A stretch of 64,000 nt of DNA from an uncultured Spirochaetia bacterium (lineage in GTDB: Bacteria; Spirochaetota; Spirochaetia; SZUA-6; Bin103). Shown here piece after piece: positions 8,988 to 18,576 of the stretch. The translations under genes were made by a program, and so were the position numbers. Positions within the stretch are counted from its first letter, which is position 1; each line of letters starts with the position of its first letter. The notes under the pieces were generated by a model, which was given only the letters and a program-made list of their open reading frames with translations, was not told the DNA's origin and searched no databases. The stretch covers positions 73,270 to 137,269 of the forward strand of contig CATQHW010000005.1 of the NCBI GenBank assembly GCA_958296075.1, in the 5' to 3' direction.

Positions 8988-9929
8988 ATGGCTCAGACCG
9001 AAGCGTCGAGCCCGGCCCTGCGCAGGACCGGCGCCGGCGGCCGGATCTTCGACGCCGCCAATTACCTGTTCCTGATCCTGCTGTCGCTCTCCATCCTGCT
9101 GCCGTTCATGCGGCAGATCACCATCTCGATCAGCACCGCCGACGAAGCGCTCCGGTTCGGCGCGCACCTCATTCCCAACTTCGCAAAGGTCACCCTGGCG
9201 TCCTACGAGCGCATCTTCCAGACTGACGCCATCGCCCGCGCCTACTTCTGGACGTTGGCGCGCACGAGCATCGGCACCGCCCTCACGTTGCTGGTGACCG
9301 GCATGCTGGCCTACCCGCTGGCCAAGCGTTATCTGCCGCTGCGCCGCTTCTGGATCGCGTTCGTCGTGCTCACGTTCTTCTTCGCAGGCGGACTGATCCC
9401 CCGCTACCTGCTGGTGCGGAGCCTGGGGCTGATCAACACCTTGGGGGCGCTCGTATTCCCGAATCTGGTGTCGGCATTCGCCCTGATCGTCATGCGCAGC
9501 TACCTGATGACCCTGCCGGAGGACCTGGAAGAGAGCGCCCGTATCGACGGCGCCAGCGATCTGCGGGTGTTCTTTCGCATCGTCATGCCGATGGCCAAGC
9601 CGGTCTTCGCGGTGGTGGCGCTCTGGACCATGGTCTTCCACTGGAACGAGTGGTTCGACGCCTTGATCTTCGTCACCGATCCGCGCATCAAGGTGGTCCA
9701 GCAGTTGCTGCGGCGCGTGCTGCTGGAGAGCGACTTCAGCTACGCCGGGCTCGGCACTACGGAGACCGCCGCGCAGATGATGGCCCAGGAGCGGCTGCTG
9801 CGCCAGTATACGCCGGAGACCATCAAGGCGGCGATCCTGATGGTGTCGACGGTGCCGATCCTGCTGGCCTATCCGTTCATGCAGAAGTACTTCGTCAAGG
9901 GCGCCCTGATCGGAGCTCTGAAAGGTTAG
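8988..9929 (+). CDS. Carbohydrate ABC transporter permease (LplC-like)
   Basis: EAA loop LEESARIDGAS; WNEWF; YPFMQKYFVKGALIGALKG; TATGAT 6 nt before ATG 8988. Confidence 0.93.
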   Translation: MAQTEASSPALRRTGAGGRIFDAANYLFLILLSLSILLPFMRQITISISTADEALRFGAHLIPNFAKVTLASYERIFQTDAIARAYFWTLARTSIGTALTLLVTGMLAYPLAKRYLPLRRFWIAFVVLTFFFAGGLIPRYLLVRSLGLINTLGALVFPNLVSAFALIVMRSYLMTLPEDLEESARIDGASDLRVFFRIVMPMAKPVFAVVALWTMVFHWNEWFDALIFVTDPRIKVVQQLLRRVLLESDFSYAGLGTTETAAQMMAQERLLRQYTPETIKAAILMVSTVPILLAYPFMQKYFVKGALIGALKG

Positions 9930-9948
9930 GGTGACGGAGGTTCCCCGC

Positions 9949-10908
9949 ATGGCCGCCGAACGATCCGTCGCCGCCGTCGCCGCTGCACCGGTCGAATACC
10001 GCAAACCGGGCCTGAGCAAGGAACTGTACCGGTACCGCTATCTGCTGCTGCTGATGCTACCGGGCATCGTCTACTTCGTCGTCTTCCACTATGTCCCGAT
10101 CTACGGCGCCGTGCTGGCCTTCAAGGACTACGACGTCGGCCAGGGCATCCTTTTCAGCCCCTGGGTCGGTCTCAAGCACTTCCGGCGGCTGTTCGAGCAG
10201 CACGACGTCGCGCGCGTGTTCTGGAACACTGTGGAGATCAGCGCGCTGCGCATCGTCTTCGGCTTCCCGATGCCGATCATCCTGGCCCTGCTGTTGAACG
10301 AGATATTCAACGCCAGGTTCAAGCGCGCGGTGCAGACGATCTCCTACCTGCCGCACTTCCTGTCCTGGGTGGTGGTCGCCGGCCTGATTACGGAGCTTCT
10401 GTCGCCGGGCCGCGGCGTCTACGGCTATCTCATGCGCCTGATCGGCGCCGAGCCGGCCGTGCTCCTGACCAGCCAAGCCTGGTTCATCCCGATCCTGGTC
10501 GTCAGCGGCATCTGGAAAGAGGTCGGCTGGGGTACGATCATCTACCTGGCCACCATGTCGAGCATCAATCCCGAGCTGTACGAGGCGGCCGTGGTCGACG
10601 GCGCCAGCCGTTGGCGGCGCGCGCTCAGCATCACCCTGCCCGGCATCCTGCCGGTGATCGCGATCCTGCTGATCCTGAGCATGACGCAGATACTCAGCGC
10701 CGGCTTCGACCAGATTTTCAACCTCTACAACCCCCTGGTGTACGAGGTAGCCGACATCATCGACACCTACATCTACCGGATCGGCCTGCAGAGATTCGAT
10801 TACGAGTTTTCGACCGCGGTGGCGTTGACCAAGAACGTCATCGCCCTGGTACTGGTGCTTGCCGTCAACGGGATCGTACGGCGATTCACCAGCTACGGGC
10901 TCTGGTAA
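9949..10908 (+). CDS. Carbohydrate ABC transporter permease (LplB-like)
   Basis: QTISYLPHFLSWVV, WKEVGWGTIIYLA, LYEAAVVDGA; GGAGG before ATG 9949 (alternative GTG 9931). Confidence 0.93.
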   Translation: MAAERSVAAVAAAPVEYRKPGLSKELYRYRYLLLLMLPGIVYFVVFHYVPIYGAVLAFKDYDVGQGILFSPWVGLKHFRRLFEQHDVARVFWNTVEISALRIVFGFPMPIILALLLNEIFNARFKRAVQTISYLPHFLSWVVVAGLITELLSPGRGVYGYLMRLIGAEPAVLLTSQAWFIPILVVSGIWKEVGWGTIIYLATMSSINPELYEAAVVDGASRWRRALSITLPGILPVIAILLILSMTQILSAGFDQIFNLYNPLVYEVADIIDTYIYRIGLQRFDYEFSTAVALTKNVIALVLVLAVNGIVRRFTSYGLW

Positions 10909-10991
10909 ACGGCGATGGCTCTATGGGAGAGACGACGCCCTCGCGGGCGGCCCTGCGTTGCAGGGCAGACAATCATATTCGAGGAGAGTGA

Positions 10992-12593
10992 GTGATGAAG
11001 AAGTCGCTTACCGTCGTACTCGGCGCGCTGCTGCTGTTCGGCAGCGCGGCGCTGGCGCTGGGCGCCGGCGCCACCGAGGGAGCGGCCGACGAGCCGCTGG
11101 AGATACGCTGGTTCGGCCTCCGTCAGGTGCCCGAGGAGCGCACCGAGGTCTTCACCACGGTCGAGTCGTGGATCGAGCGCGACCTGGGCCGCAAGGTGAT
11201 CATTTTGCCGGAAGGGGTCGACGCCGACAGCGAGGTGACCGAGAAGATGAACCTGCTGCTGGCATCGGGCGACATGCCGGACGTGTTTCCCGTGTGGTGG
11301 AATGAAGAAGTGATGAAACAGGGCACCGCCCGCTTCGAGCTGTCCGATGTCCAGGAATACATGCCGGGCGTCTACCGGGCGCTGGTCGACGTGATGAAGG
11401 TGGTCGGCCTCAACGAGCAGGGGACCTGGGACCGTTTTCGCCGCGACGACAAGCTGGTGCAGATCCCGAACGTCTGGTTCGGCGGTCAGTTCCCGCACGG
11501 CATCGCCTGGCGCATGGACGTGCTCGAGAGTCTCGGCTTCGACCACGCGCCGGGTACCTACGAGGAGATCGAGGCGGTCTTCGCGGCCTACAAGGCGGAG
11601 CATCCCGATCAGTTCCCGTACGCCTGTCCGGCCAAGGGACTGACGTGGCAGTGCTTTCCGATGATCTTCGACGGCACCGGCTGGGCGCAGTGGCGCTGGA
11701 ATCTCCGCGACGGCCGGCTCGTGCACGGCTTCAACCAGCCGGAGATGAAGCTGGGTTACGAAGTGGCGCGCGATTGGTTCGAGAAGGGATACATCGATCC
11801 GGAGTTTCCCACCTACGACTCAGGGACCAACGTCAATCTGTTCCGCAACGGTAAAACGATGGTCAAGGAGTGGATCGGCTACGGCTCATGGGACGACTCG
11901 CTCGACCGGCCCGGTACCGAGGGCAACTGGATACGCAAGGTGGTGCCGGAGGCGCGCCTCGAGATGGGGCCGTTCCCGCGCTTCTTCGATGACGTGCGGC
12001 CGGCTCGTTACGTCTGGAATCCCTTCCACGGCGGCTCCTACGGCTTCGGCCGTCATCTGGAGTCGCGTCCGGACGACCTGCACCTGATCATGCAGATCAT
12101 GGACAGGATGAACACGGACGAGGCGTACCACACGCTCACCAACCAGGGCATCGAAGGCACGCACTGGGAGATCAACGAGTTCGGCTACCCGGAACGCAAG
12201 GAGGATTTCATCGGCATCGACGCCTCCAAGCAGATCGGCGCCGGCTACTTCTGGGGCGCTCTCTACAGCTACACGCCGCACACGGCGAACTGGCAGCACC
12301 CCGGCGTCCTCAAGGCGCTGGAGGACTTCCACAAGAACGCTGACGGCATCTACTCCGACGCGAACATCCGCCGGGTTCCGACGAATCGGTTCTTCCCGAT
12401 CACCGACGAGGACGGCGACGACCTGTGGGCGAAGATGGACGTCAGCGGCCAGATGAACGTGCTGTTCGTCGAGCTGATCACCGGCGCCAAGGAGATGTCC
12501 GCGTTCGACGAGTGGCTTGCGCGCTGGGAAGAAGGCGGCGATCTCCAGGTCGTCGAAGAGCGCATGAACGACATCAACCTCAAGTTCCAATAG
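10992..12593 (+). CDS. Extracellular sugar solute-binding protein (LplA-like)
   Basis: Signal peptide; KMNLLLASGDMPDVF; WFEKGYIDPEF; GIEGTHW; follows two permeases; RBS GAGGAG. Confidence 0.88.
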   Translation: MMKKSLTVVLGALLLFGSAALALGAGATEGAADEPLEIRWFGLRQVPEERTEVFTTVESWIERDLGRKVIILPEGVDADSEVTEKMNLLLASGDMPDVFPVWWNEEVMKQGTARFELSDVQEYMPGVYRALVDVMKVVGLNEQGTWDRFRRDDKLVQIPNVWFGGQFPHGIAWRMDVLESLGFDHAPGTYEEIEAVFAAYKAEHPDQFPYACPAKGLTWQCFPMIFDGTGWAQWRWNLRDGRLVHGFNQPEMKLGYEVARDWFEKGYIDPEFPTYDSGTNVNLFRNGKTMVKEWIGYGSWDDSLDRPGTEGNWIRKVVPEARLEMGPFPRFFDDVRPARYVWNPFHGGSYGFGRHLESRPDDLHLIMQIMDRMNTDEAYHTLTNQGIEGTHWEINEFGYPERKEDFIGIDASKQIGAGYFWGALYSYTPHTANWQHPGVLKALEDFHKNADGIYSDANIRRVPTNRFFPITDEDGDDLWAKMDVSGQMNVLFVELITGAKEMSAFDEWLARWEEGGDLQVVEERMNDINLKFQ

Positions 12594-12616
12594 GCGTTAC
12601 CGGGCGATCTCACGCA

Positions 12617-12641
12617 GGGCGCGGCCGTCACGGCCGCGCCC
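12617..12641. terminator. Hairpin between convergent genes (probable bidirectional terminator)
   Basis: GGGCGCGGCCG-tca-CGGCCGCGCCC followed by GTTT. Confidence 0.6.
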
Positions 12642-12659
12642 GTTTCCGGCGCGGCGGCG

Positions 12660-13613
12660 CTACACCGCCGCGGCGAGGGGCGGGACGTCGACCGATTCGA
12701 GCAGGTCGTCGACCGCTCCATCCTCGGTCATGCCCTTGGCGGAGTGCTCGGACTTGAGCAGCAGCCGCTTGCGCAGCACCGACGGGGCGAGGTCGCGGAC
12801 ATCTTCCGGCGTGACGAAGTCCCGGCCGCGCACCGCGGCGAGCGCCTGACCGCCCTTGAACATCGCCAGCGATCCGCGCGGCGACACGCCGATCATCAGG
12901 CGGTTGTCCTCCCGCGTGCGGTTGACGATCGACAGGATGTAGCGCCGGATCGACGGTTCGACGTGGACCTCCATCACCGCTTCCTGCATCTGCAGCAGCG
13001 TATCGATCTCCGTGACGGGGCGTATGCGGTCCAGGGGCGGCTCGATGACGCGCTGCATGGCGATCACCGACTTCTCCGCCTCCCGCGACGGATAGCCGAT
13101 CTTGATCGACAGGAAGAAGCGGTCCTTCTGCACCTCCGGGAGCGGAAAGGTATCCTCCGACTCGACCGGGCTCTCGGTGGCGATCAGCACGAAGGGATCG
13201 GGCAGCGGCTGACTGCGGCCCTCGACCGAGACCTGTCCTTCGGCCATCGCCTCCAGCAGCGCCGACTGGGTGCGCGGCGTGGCGCGGTTGATCTCGTCGA
13301 CCAGCAGCATGTTGGTCATGATCGGCCCTTCGCGGAAGTCGAACTCCCCGGTTTGAGGATTGAAGACCGACACGCCGAGCACGTCGGCGGGGAGCAGGTC
13401 GGGCGTGCACTGCAGTTGCCGGAACTGCCCGCCGATGCTCTTTGCCACCGCGCGGCCCAGCACGGTCTTGCCGGTGCCGGGCACGTCCTCGATCAGCACG
13501 TGGCCACGGCAGAGCAGCGCTACCAGGACCCGTTCGATCGGATCCTGTTTGCCGAAGAACGCCTGTTCCACCGAGCCGCGCACCTGCTCGGCCCATGCTT
13601 TCACGTCTGCCAT
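12660..13613 (-). CDS. moxR: MoxR-family AAA+ ATPase (copy 2)
   Basis: HVLIEDVPGTGKT, QCTPDLLPAD, LLVDEINRATPRTQSALLEAM, SPRG. Confidence 0.93.
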   Translation of the reverse strand: MADVKAWAEQVRGSVEQAFFGKQDPIERVLVALLCRGHVLIEDVPGTGKTVLGRAVAKSIGGQFRQLQCTPDLLPADVLGVSVFNPQTGEFDFREGPIMTNMLLVDEINRATPRTQSALLEAMAEGQVSVEGRSQPLPDPFVLIATESPVESEDTFPLPEVQKDRFFLSIKIGYPSREAEKSVIAMQRVIEPPLDRIRPVTEIDTLLQMQEAVMEVHVEPSIRRYILSIVNRTREDNRLMIGVSPRGSLAMFKGGQALAAVRGRDFVTPEDVRDLAPSVLRKRLLLKSEHSAKGMTEDGAVDDLLESVDVPPLAAAV

Positions 13614-13665
13614 CGGTTACTCCTCTCGGTTACCGGGAAACGCCGTTCCCGCAGGCGTCGGCGAC

Positions 13666-15273
13666 TCACCGCGCTACCGGAGCCAGCGGGGCATCCGGCG
13701 CGCGGGTCGTTGTGGATTCCTGCAGGCGATGGCGAGTCACCTCTTTGATGAGGTCGTAGTAGGTCTGCGACCGTTCGGCGGGCGGGTCGGTCGCCGCGTA
13801 GGCGATCTGTTCGAAGATGGCGCCGATCTCCATGAGCGCCGCGGCGTTGGCCGCCGACCGTTCGGCCACCGACATCAGGTACTCCATCGGTCCCATCCAC
13901 GTGCGGAACGGCACGCCGCCGCGCTCTGCCCAGCGGATCAGGCGCACGAACGCCCGCGAAGCCTGCCCGATCGCGCGCTGGCGCTGCTTGTCGAGCGCCG
14001 CCTCCCGCGCGCGGGCGGCGGCGCGCGCCGCGCTCCGCTCCCGCGCGCGCTCGATCAGCGACTCGCCGAACCGCGCCAGCGAACGCCGCGAGCGGGCGAA
14101 CGTCTCGATCATGCGGCGCATCGATGCGGCGAGCGACGCGAAGAAGCGGCCGACCGCGGCCGCCAGCCGGGCAAGCGGACGGGCCTGCCGCAGGCGCTCC
14201 CGATAATCGCGTGACAACATCGGCCGGACCAGGAAGTAGAGCAGACCGATCAGAATCAGCGCGCCGGCGGATATGAGCACGATGCGCACCAGCCGCTCCA
14301 GGAAGTCGTTCTGCTCGCGCTCGTCGCCCAGTTCGCCCAGTTCGGGTTCGCGAAAATCTTCCTGAAAGACCTCCGTGTCGCCGCCCTCGCGGACCTTGAC
14401 CCGGACCTCGCGCTCGGGCAGGCGCAGGCGCTCCTCCAGCCACTCCATGAAGGCGCCGATCGCCTCGGCCGGCAGCAGCGCCTCGCGGCCGGTGAGCGGC
14501 GTCACCACGGCCGCGGTCAACAGCAGCGTCAGCACGGTGGCGCGCACCCGGCGGCGCTGCAGCGGCACCGGCACCGGCAGCCCTTCGCCCAGATGCTGTT
14601 GCTCCTCCATGAAGCTGTTGACGATCGCCAGGAAGACGAGCCCGAAACCGACGTGGCCGAGCGCCAGCACCGTCCACCACGGCTCGATCGGGTCGACGGC
14701 GATCAGCAGGATCAGGAAGGCGATCAGGGACAGCGACTGGAACCAGAGGACGGCGCGTCGCAGCGCGCGCATCCGCGCTGACGAGGTGGTCGCTTCCTCG
14801 GCGTAGTCGCGGAACGCGGTCTTGAGCTGTTCGCCGTCCCGGTCGACGACCAGCGCCAGGAACGCTTCCCGTTCGCGCATGTTGCGGTGCAGCGCGAAGG
14901 CGATGATCCAGTAGACGAAGGTAAGCGCCAGCGGATACAGGACGTCGGCCTTCACCGGATTGACGTCGCCGCGCAGCAGGTGGCCCTGAGCCAGCATGAA
15001 CAGCACCAGCGTGCCGATCAGTATCAACAGCAGCTCCCGGAGGCGGGGCGCGATGCTGTTGGTTCCCTCTTCGGCCATGCGGTTGGCCGACACCGCCTGG
15101 ATAACGCCGACCAGCAGCAGCGACGCCCACAGATAGCCCGGCAGCGGCAGCACGGCGTGCAGCACCATCGCCCGCACGAAGGTCTCCACCGACAGCAGCA
15201 GCAGGAACGGTATGGCGATCGACAGGAACGGGTGCAGCGTGGTGCGGTAGAAGCGCAGTCGGGCCGGATTCAT
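13666..15273 (-). CDS. Polytopic membrane protein with C-terminal DUF4129-like domain
   Basis: Multiple hydrophobic helices; C-terminal GPMEY...IFEQIAYA; located after DUF58. Confidence 0.7.
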   Translation of the reverse strand: MNPARLRFYRTTLHPFLSIAIPFLLLLSVETFVRAMVLHAVLPLPGYLWASLLLVGVIQAVSANRMAEEGTNSIAPRLRELLLILIGTLVLFMLAQGHLLRGDVNPVKADVLYPLALTFVYWIIAFALHRNMREREAFLALVVDRDGEQLKTAFRDYAEEATTSSARMRALRRAVLWFQSLSLIAFLILLIAVDPIEPWWTVLALGHVGFGLVFLAIVNSFMEEQQHLGEGLPVPVPLQRRRVRATVLTLLLTAAVVTPLTGREALLPAEAIGAFMEWLEERLRLPEREVRVKVREGGDTEVFQEDFREPELGELGDEREQNDFLERLVRIVLISAGALILIGLLYFLVRPMLSRDYRERLRQARPLARLAAAVGRFFASLAASMRRMIETFARSRRSLARFGESLIERARERSAARAAARAREAALDKQRQRAIGQASRAFVRLIRWAERGGVPFRTWMGPMEYLMSVAERSAANAAALMEIGAIFEQIAYAATDPPAERSQTYYDLIKEVTRHRLQESTTTRAPDAPLAPVAR

Positions 15274-16463
15274 CGCTTGATCAACTCCGATCCGTAGCCG
15301 CGCACCGGGTGCGAACGGATGCCGGGCACCACCGCGTCCTCTTCGCGAGTCTGGTGCGTGGAGACGATGAAGACCTGCACGTCATGGCCGCGGCGGCGCA
15401 GCGCCAGCAGCGAATCGTTCTGGGCGCCGGTGGTGGGCGGCGTCACCACCATCACCTTGGCGCCGGTGGGGATCGGCACGCCCGATGCCAGCACGTGGCC
15501 GGTGAAGTCGATCGGCTCCTTGCCGGCGGTGATGCGCGCCAGCATCTCCAGGATGCCGATGGCGTGACCCACCCCGGCGCGCGCCGGCTCCGCCGGCGGC
15601 TGGTCGCCGCCCCGTATCGAGCCGGTGGTGATGATGCCGACCTCCTGCTTGATGCTGACGAAGAAGAACAACAGGCTGCCGGCCACCTCGATCGCGCGTT
15701 CCATGAGGTGCTCGCGCTGGCCCATCGGGTAATCGCCCTCCGTCAGGTTGAGCACGATCATGACCGGGTAGTAGATCGACGGCGTGTACTCGGTCGAGAA
15801 GAGCTTGCCCATGCGCGCCGACACCTTCCAGTTGATCCGCTTCAACTCGTCGCCGGCCACGTACTCGCGCACGGAGCGGAACCGGGTCGTGTCCTCGTAG
15901 AGGCGGCTGGAGACCGTGATGCTGCCGGACGGCAGCCCGTCCTTCTCATGCATCTCGACCGGAAACACCGCCGGGTATACGAGCACGGTGGCGGGGGTCG
16001 GCGACTGGTGACCCCACTTGAAGAAGCCCATCGGGTCGGCGCCGCGCAGCCGCACCGGCCCCAGCTTGAACTCGCCGCGGTGGTGGCTCTCCGCCTCGTA
16101 GGTGACCTGCCGGCGCCCGCCGGGCGGCAGCGCGACCATGAACGAGCCGCCGCGCACTACGAAACTGCCGTAGGTGTCGGCCACGGTCAGGTAGTGGATC
16201 GGTATCGGCCCGCGGTTGTGCAGCTCCAGGGTCACGCGAAACCGCTGGAAGCGCTGCGCGTGGATCAGCGTCTCGGTGCGGGTCACCTGCACCAGGCGCG
16301 GCGCCAGATATGCATACAACAGCGCCAGCGCGCGGACCACGAGCAGGGCCAGGACCGCGAAGCGGAACGGGCGGAACGGCGCGAACAGAAACGTCCCCAG
16401 CAGGACCAGCGGGAACAGGAGGTCGACGAAGAAACGCAGCCGCCCCCCGGCGTTGATCGCCAC
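15270..16463 (-). CDS. DUF58 domain protein (MoxR partner)
   Basis: RGEFKLGP...DPMGFF, VLVYP, VREYVAGDELKRINWKVSAR. Confidence 0.9.
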   Translation of the reverse strand: MAINAGGRLRFFVDLLFPLVLLGTFLFAPFRPFRFAVLALLVVRALALLYAYLAPRLVQVTRTETLIHAQRFQRFRVTLELHNRGPIPIHYLTVADTYGSFVVRGGSFMVALPPGGRRQVTYEAESHHRGEFKLGPVRLRGADPMGFFKWGHQSPTPATVLVYPAVFPVEMHEKDGLPSGSITVSSRLYEDTTRFRSVREYVAGDELKRINWKVSARMGKLFSTEYTPSIYYPVMIVLNLTEGDYPMGQREHLMERAIEVAGSLLFFFVSIKQEVGIITTGSIRGGDQPPAEPARAGVGHAIGILEMLARITAGKEPIDFTGHVLASGVPIPTGAKVMVVTPPTTGAQNDSLLALRRRGHDVQVFIVSTHQTREEDAVVPGIRSHPVRGYGSELIKR

Positions 16464-16467
16464 CGGG

Positions 16468-17430
16468 TCAGCCGCCGGCAGCTACCGGGGCGGCCGCCGG
16501 CTCGCGGGGAGTGGATTCGAGCAGACCGTCGATCACCAGATCCTCGTCCAGACCCTTGAGCTGGTGTTCCGACCGGACGCTGATCCGCTTCAGCAGCACC
16601 CCCGGAGCCAAGTTGATCACGTCGTCGATCGTGGCCCGCGTGCGGCCATTCATCGCCGCCACCGCCTGCGCGCCCTTGTACAGGGCCATCGACGCGCGCG
16701 GCGACGCGCCCAGGTTGAGCCGGTTGTCGCTGCGGGTCGCCTCCACCAGGGTCAGGATGTACTCCTGCACCTCGTCCTCGACCTCGACCTCGAGGATCTT
16801 CTGTTGCAGCGAGAGCACCGTCTGCAGATCGGTGGCCGGCTTCAGGTCGGTGACCGGATGCGTGAGCCGCCGCTGCGCCAGCATGATCTCTTCCTCCGCC
16901 TCCGGCGGCGGATAGCCCATGCGCAGGGTGAGAAAGAACCGGTCCTTCTGGGCTTCCGGCAGGTTGAACGTCCCTTCGAACTCGACCGGGTTCTCCGTGG
17001 CGATCATGAAGAACGGCTGCGGCAGCGGAGTGGTCTTGCCCTCGACGCTGATCTGCCCCTCCGCCATCGCCTCCAGCAGCGCGGACTGCGTGCGGGGCGT
17101 CGCCCGGTTGACCTCATCGACCAGCAGGATGTTGGTCATCACCGGCCCTTCCTTGAAGTCGAAATCGCCCGACTTGGGGTTGTAGACCGAGACGCCCAGC
17201 ACGTCGGCCGGCAGCAGATCGGGCGTGCACTGGATGCGCCGGAACTCGCCGCCGAGCACCAGCGACAGCGCCCGCGCCAGGATCGTCTTGCCCACGCCCG
17301 GCACGTCCTCCAGCAGCGCGTGGCCGCGGCACAGCAGGGCGATCAGCAACCGGCGGATCACCTGTTCCTTGCCGAGGATCACCTTGCCGACTTCATCGAC
17401 GATCGACTTCGACCAACTGCGCACGTCCAT
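16468..17430 (-). CDS. moxR: MoxR-family AAA+ ATPase (copy 1)
   Basis: EDVPGVGKT, DEVNRATPRTQSALLEAM, ATENPVEFEGTFNLPEAQKDRF. Confidence 0.95.
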   Translation of the reverse strand: MDVRSWSKSIVDEVGKVILGKEQVIRRLLIALLCRGHALLEDVPGVGKTILARALSLVLGGEFRRIQCTPDLLPADVLGVSVYNPKSGDFDFKEGPVMTNILLVDEVNRATPRTQSALLEAMAEGQISVEGKTTPLPQPFFMIATENPVEFEGTFNLPEAQKDRFFLTLRMGYPPPEAEEEIMLAQRRLTHPVTDLKPATDLQTVLSLQQKILEVEVEDEVQEYILTLVEATRSDNRLNLGASPRASMALYKGAQAVAAMNGRTRATIDDVINLAPGVLLKRISVRSEHQLKGLDEDLVIDGLLESTPREPAAAPVAAGG

Positions 17431-17499
17431 AACGTTTCAGTCTACGGGGTCGAGCGGTGACCGACAACCGCCCGAAGGCCGCGGACGGGGTACGGCGCT

Positions 17500-18576
17500 C
17501 TACGAGGCGGGGGGCGGCGCCGCGGGAACGACCGGCCGCCCGGAACGCGCGCTCTCGTAGATCGCCAGGACGATCGCCACCGCCGCCATCGCGGCGCGGC
17601 CATCGACATCGGGCTTGGCGCCGCGCAGGATCGCCGCCGTCACCTCCTCGTACTGCCGCCGGTGTCCGGCGATGCCGACGCCAGCCGGGTCGGAGGCGCC
17701 GCCGCGGCCCGGGTCGGCGGCGCCGCGGCGCGCGCGCAGCGCCGCGTCCACATCGGTCTCGTCCGCGAAATGCCACTCCTGGATGAGATCGCCGGCCAGC
17801 GCGGCGCTGCCGGCCGTGCCGCCGATCTCGATGCGCCGCTCGAAGCCGGGATGGATGGCCGTCGACCCCTGGATCGTGCCGAGCGCCCCGGACGCGAACC
17901 GGACCGCCGCCACCGCGGTGTCCTCGACCTCCAGCCCGGTGTGGGCGCGGCGCGCCGTGAACGCCTGCACCGATTCGATCGGGCCGAGCAGCCACTGCAG
18001 CAGGTCGATGGTATGGATCGACTGGTTCATCAGCGCGCCGCCGCCGTCGAGCGCCTGGGTGCCGTGCCAACTGTCCCGGTAGTAGCTGTCCGGCCGCACC
18101 CACTTGACGATGGCGTCGCCGGCGACGATGTCGCCGAACCGGCCCTGCTCGACGGCGCGGCGGATCAGCAGGACGTCCGGCAGCGACCGGGACTGAAACA
18201 CGCCGGAGCAGACGACGCCGGCGGCGTCGGCCGCGTCGACGATGCGCCGGCAGCGGTCCAGGGTCACCTCCAGCGGTTTCTCCACGAACAGGTGCTTGCC
18301 GGCGGCGGCCGCCGCCAGCGCCGGTTCCAGGTGGGCGCCGGACGGAGTGCAGATGCTGGCGGCGTCCAGATCGGGGTGGGCCAGGAAGGAGTCGAGGTCG
18401 CTGAACGCGGCGCAGCCGTGTTCCTGAGCGAACCGCTCGCCGCGGACGGGATCGCGCGACAGGCAGGCCACCAAGCGCGCGGACGGGACCTCCGCCAGCG
18501 CCTGGGCGTGCATGCCGGCGATCAGGCCGGTCCCGACGATGCCGAAGCCGACCGGCGCGGAGCGTCCGGGGCTCAT
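17500..18576 (-). CDS. Gfo/Idh/MocA-family oxidoreductase
   Basis: GIVGTGLIA, VEKP, DGGGALMNQSIHTID; ATGA-coupled to the upstream nitrilase. Confidence 0.92.
   Translation of the reverse strand: MSPGRSAPVGFGIVGTGLIAGMHAQALAEVPSARLVACLSRDPVRGERFAQEHGCAAFSDLDSFLAHPDLDAASICTPSGAHLEPALAAAAAGKHLFVEKPLEVTLDRCRRIVDAADAAGVVCSGVFQSRSLPDVLLIRRAVEQGRFGDIVAGDAIVKWVRPDSYYRDSWHGTQALDGGGALMNQSIHTIDLLQWLLGPIESVQAFTARRAHTGLEVEDTAVAAVRFASGALGTIQGSTAIHPGFERRIEIGGTAGSAALAGDLIQEWHFADETDVDAALRARRGAADPGRGGASDPAGVGIAGHRRQYEEVTAAILRGAKPDVDGRAAMAAVAIVLAIYESARSGRPVVPAAPPPAS

Noticed and set aside
648..9929. Very long ORFs in the track (748 aa at 648-2894, 1044 aa at 4972-8106, 1173 aa at 6408-9929) read as multidomain fusions
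   Set aside because: Their N-terminal parts are Arg/Pro/Ala-rich shadow frames over other real genes; true starts are 1781, 6678 and 8988.
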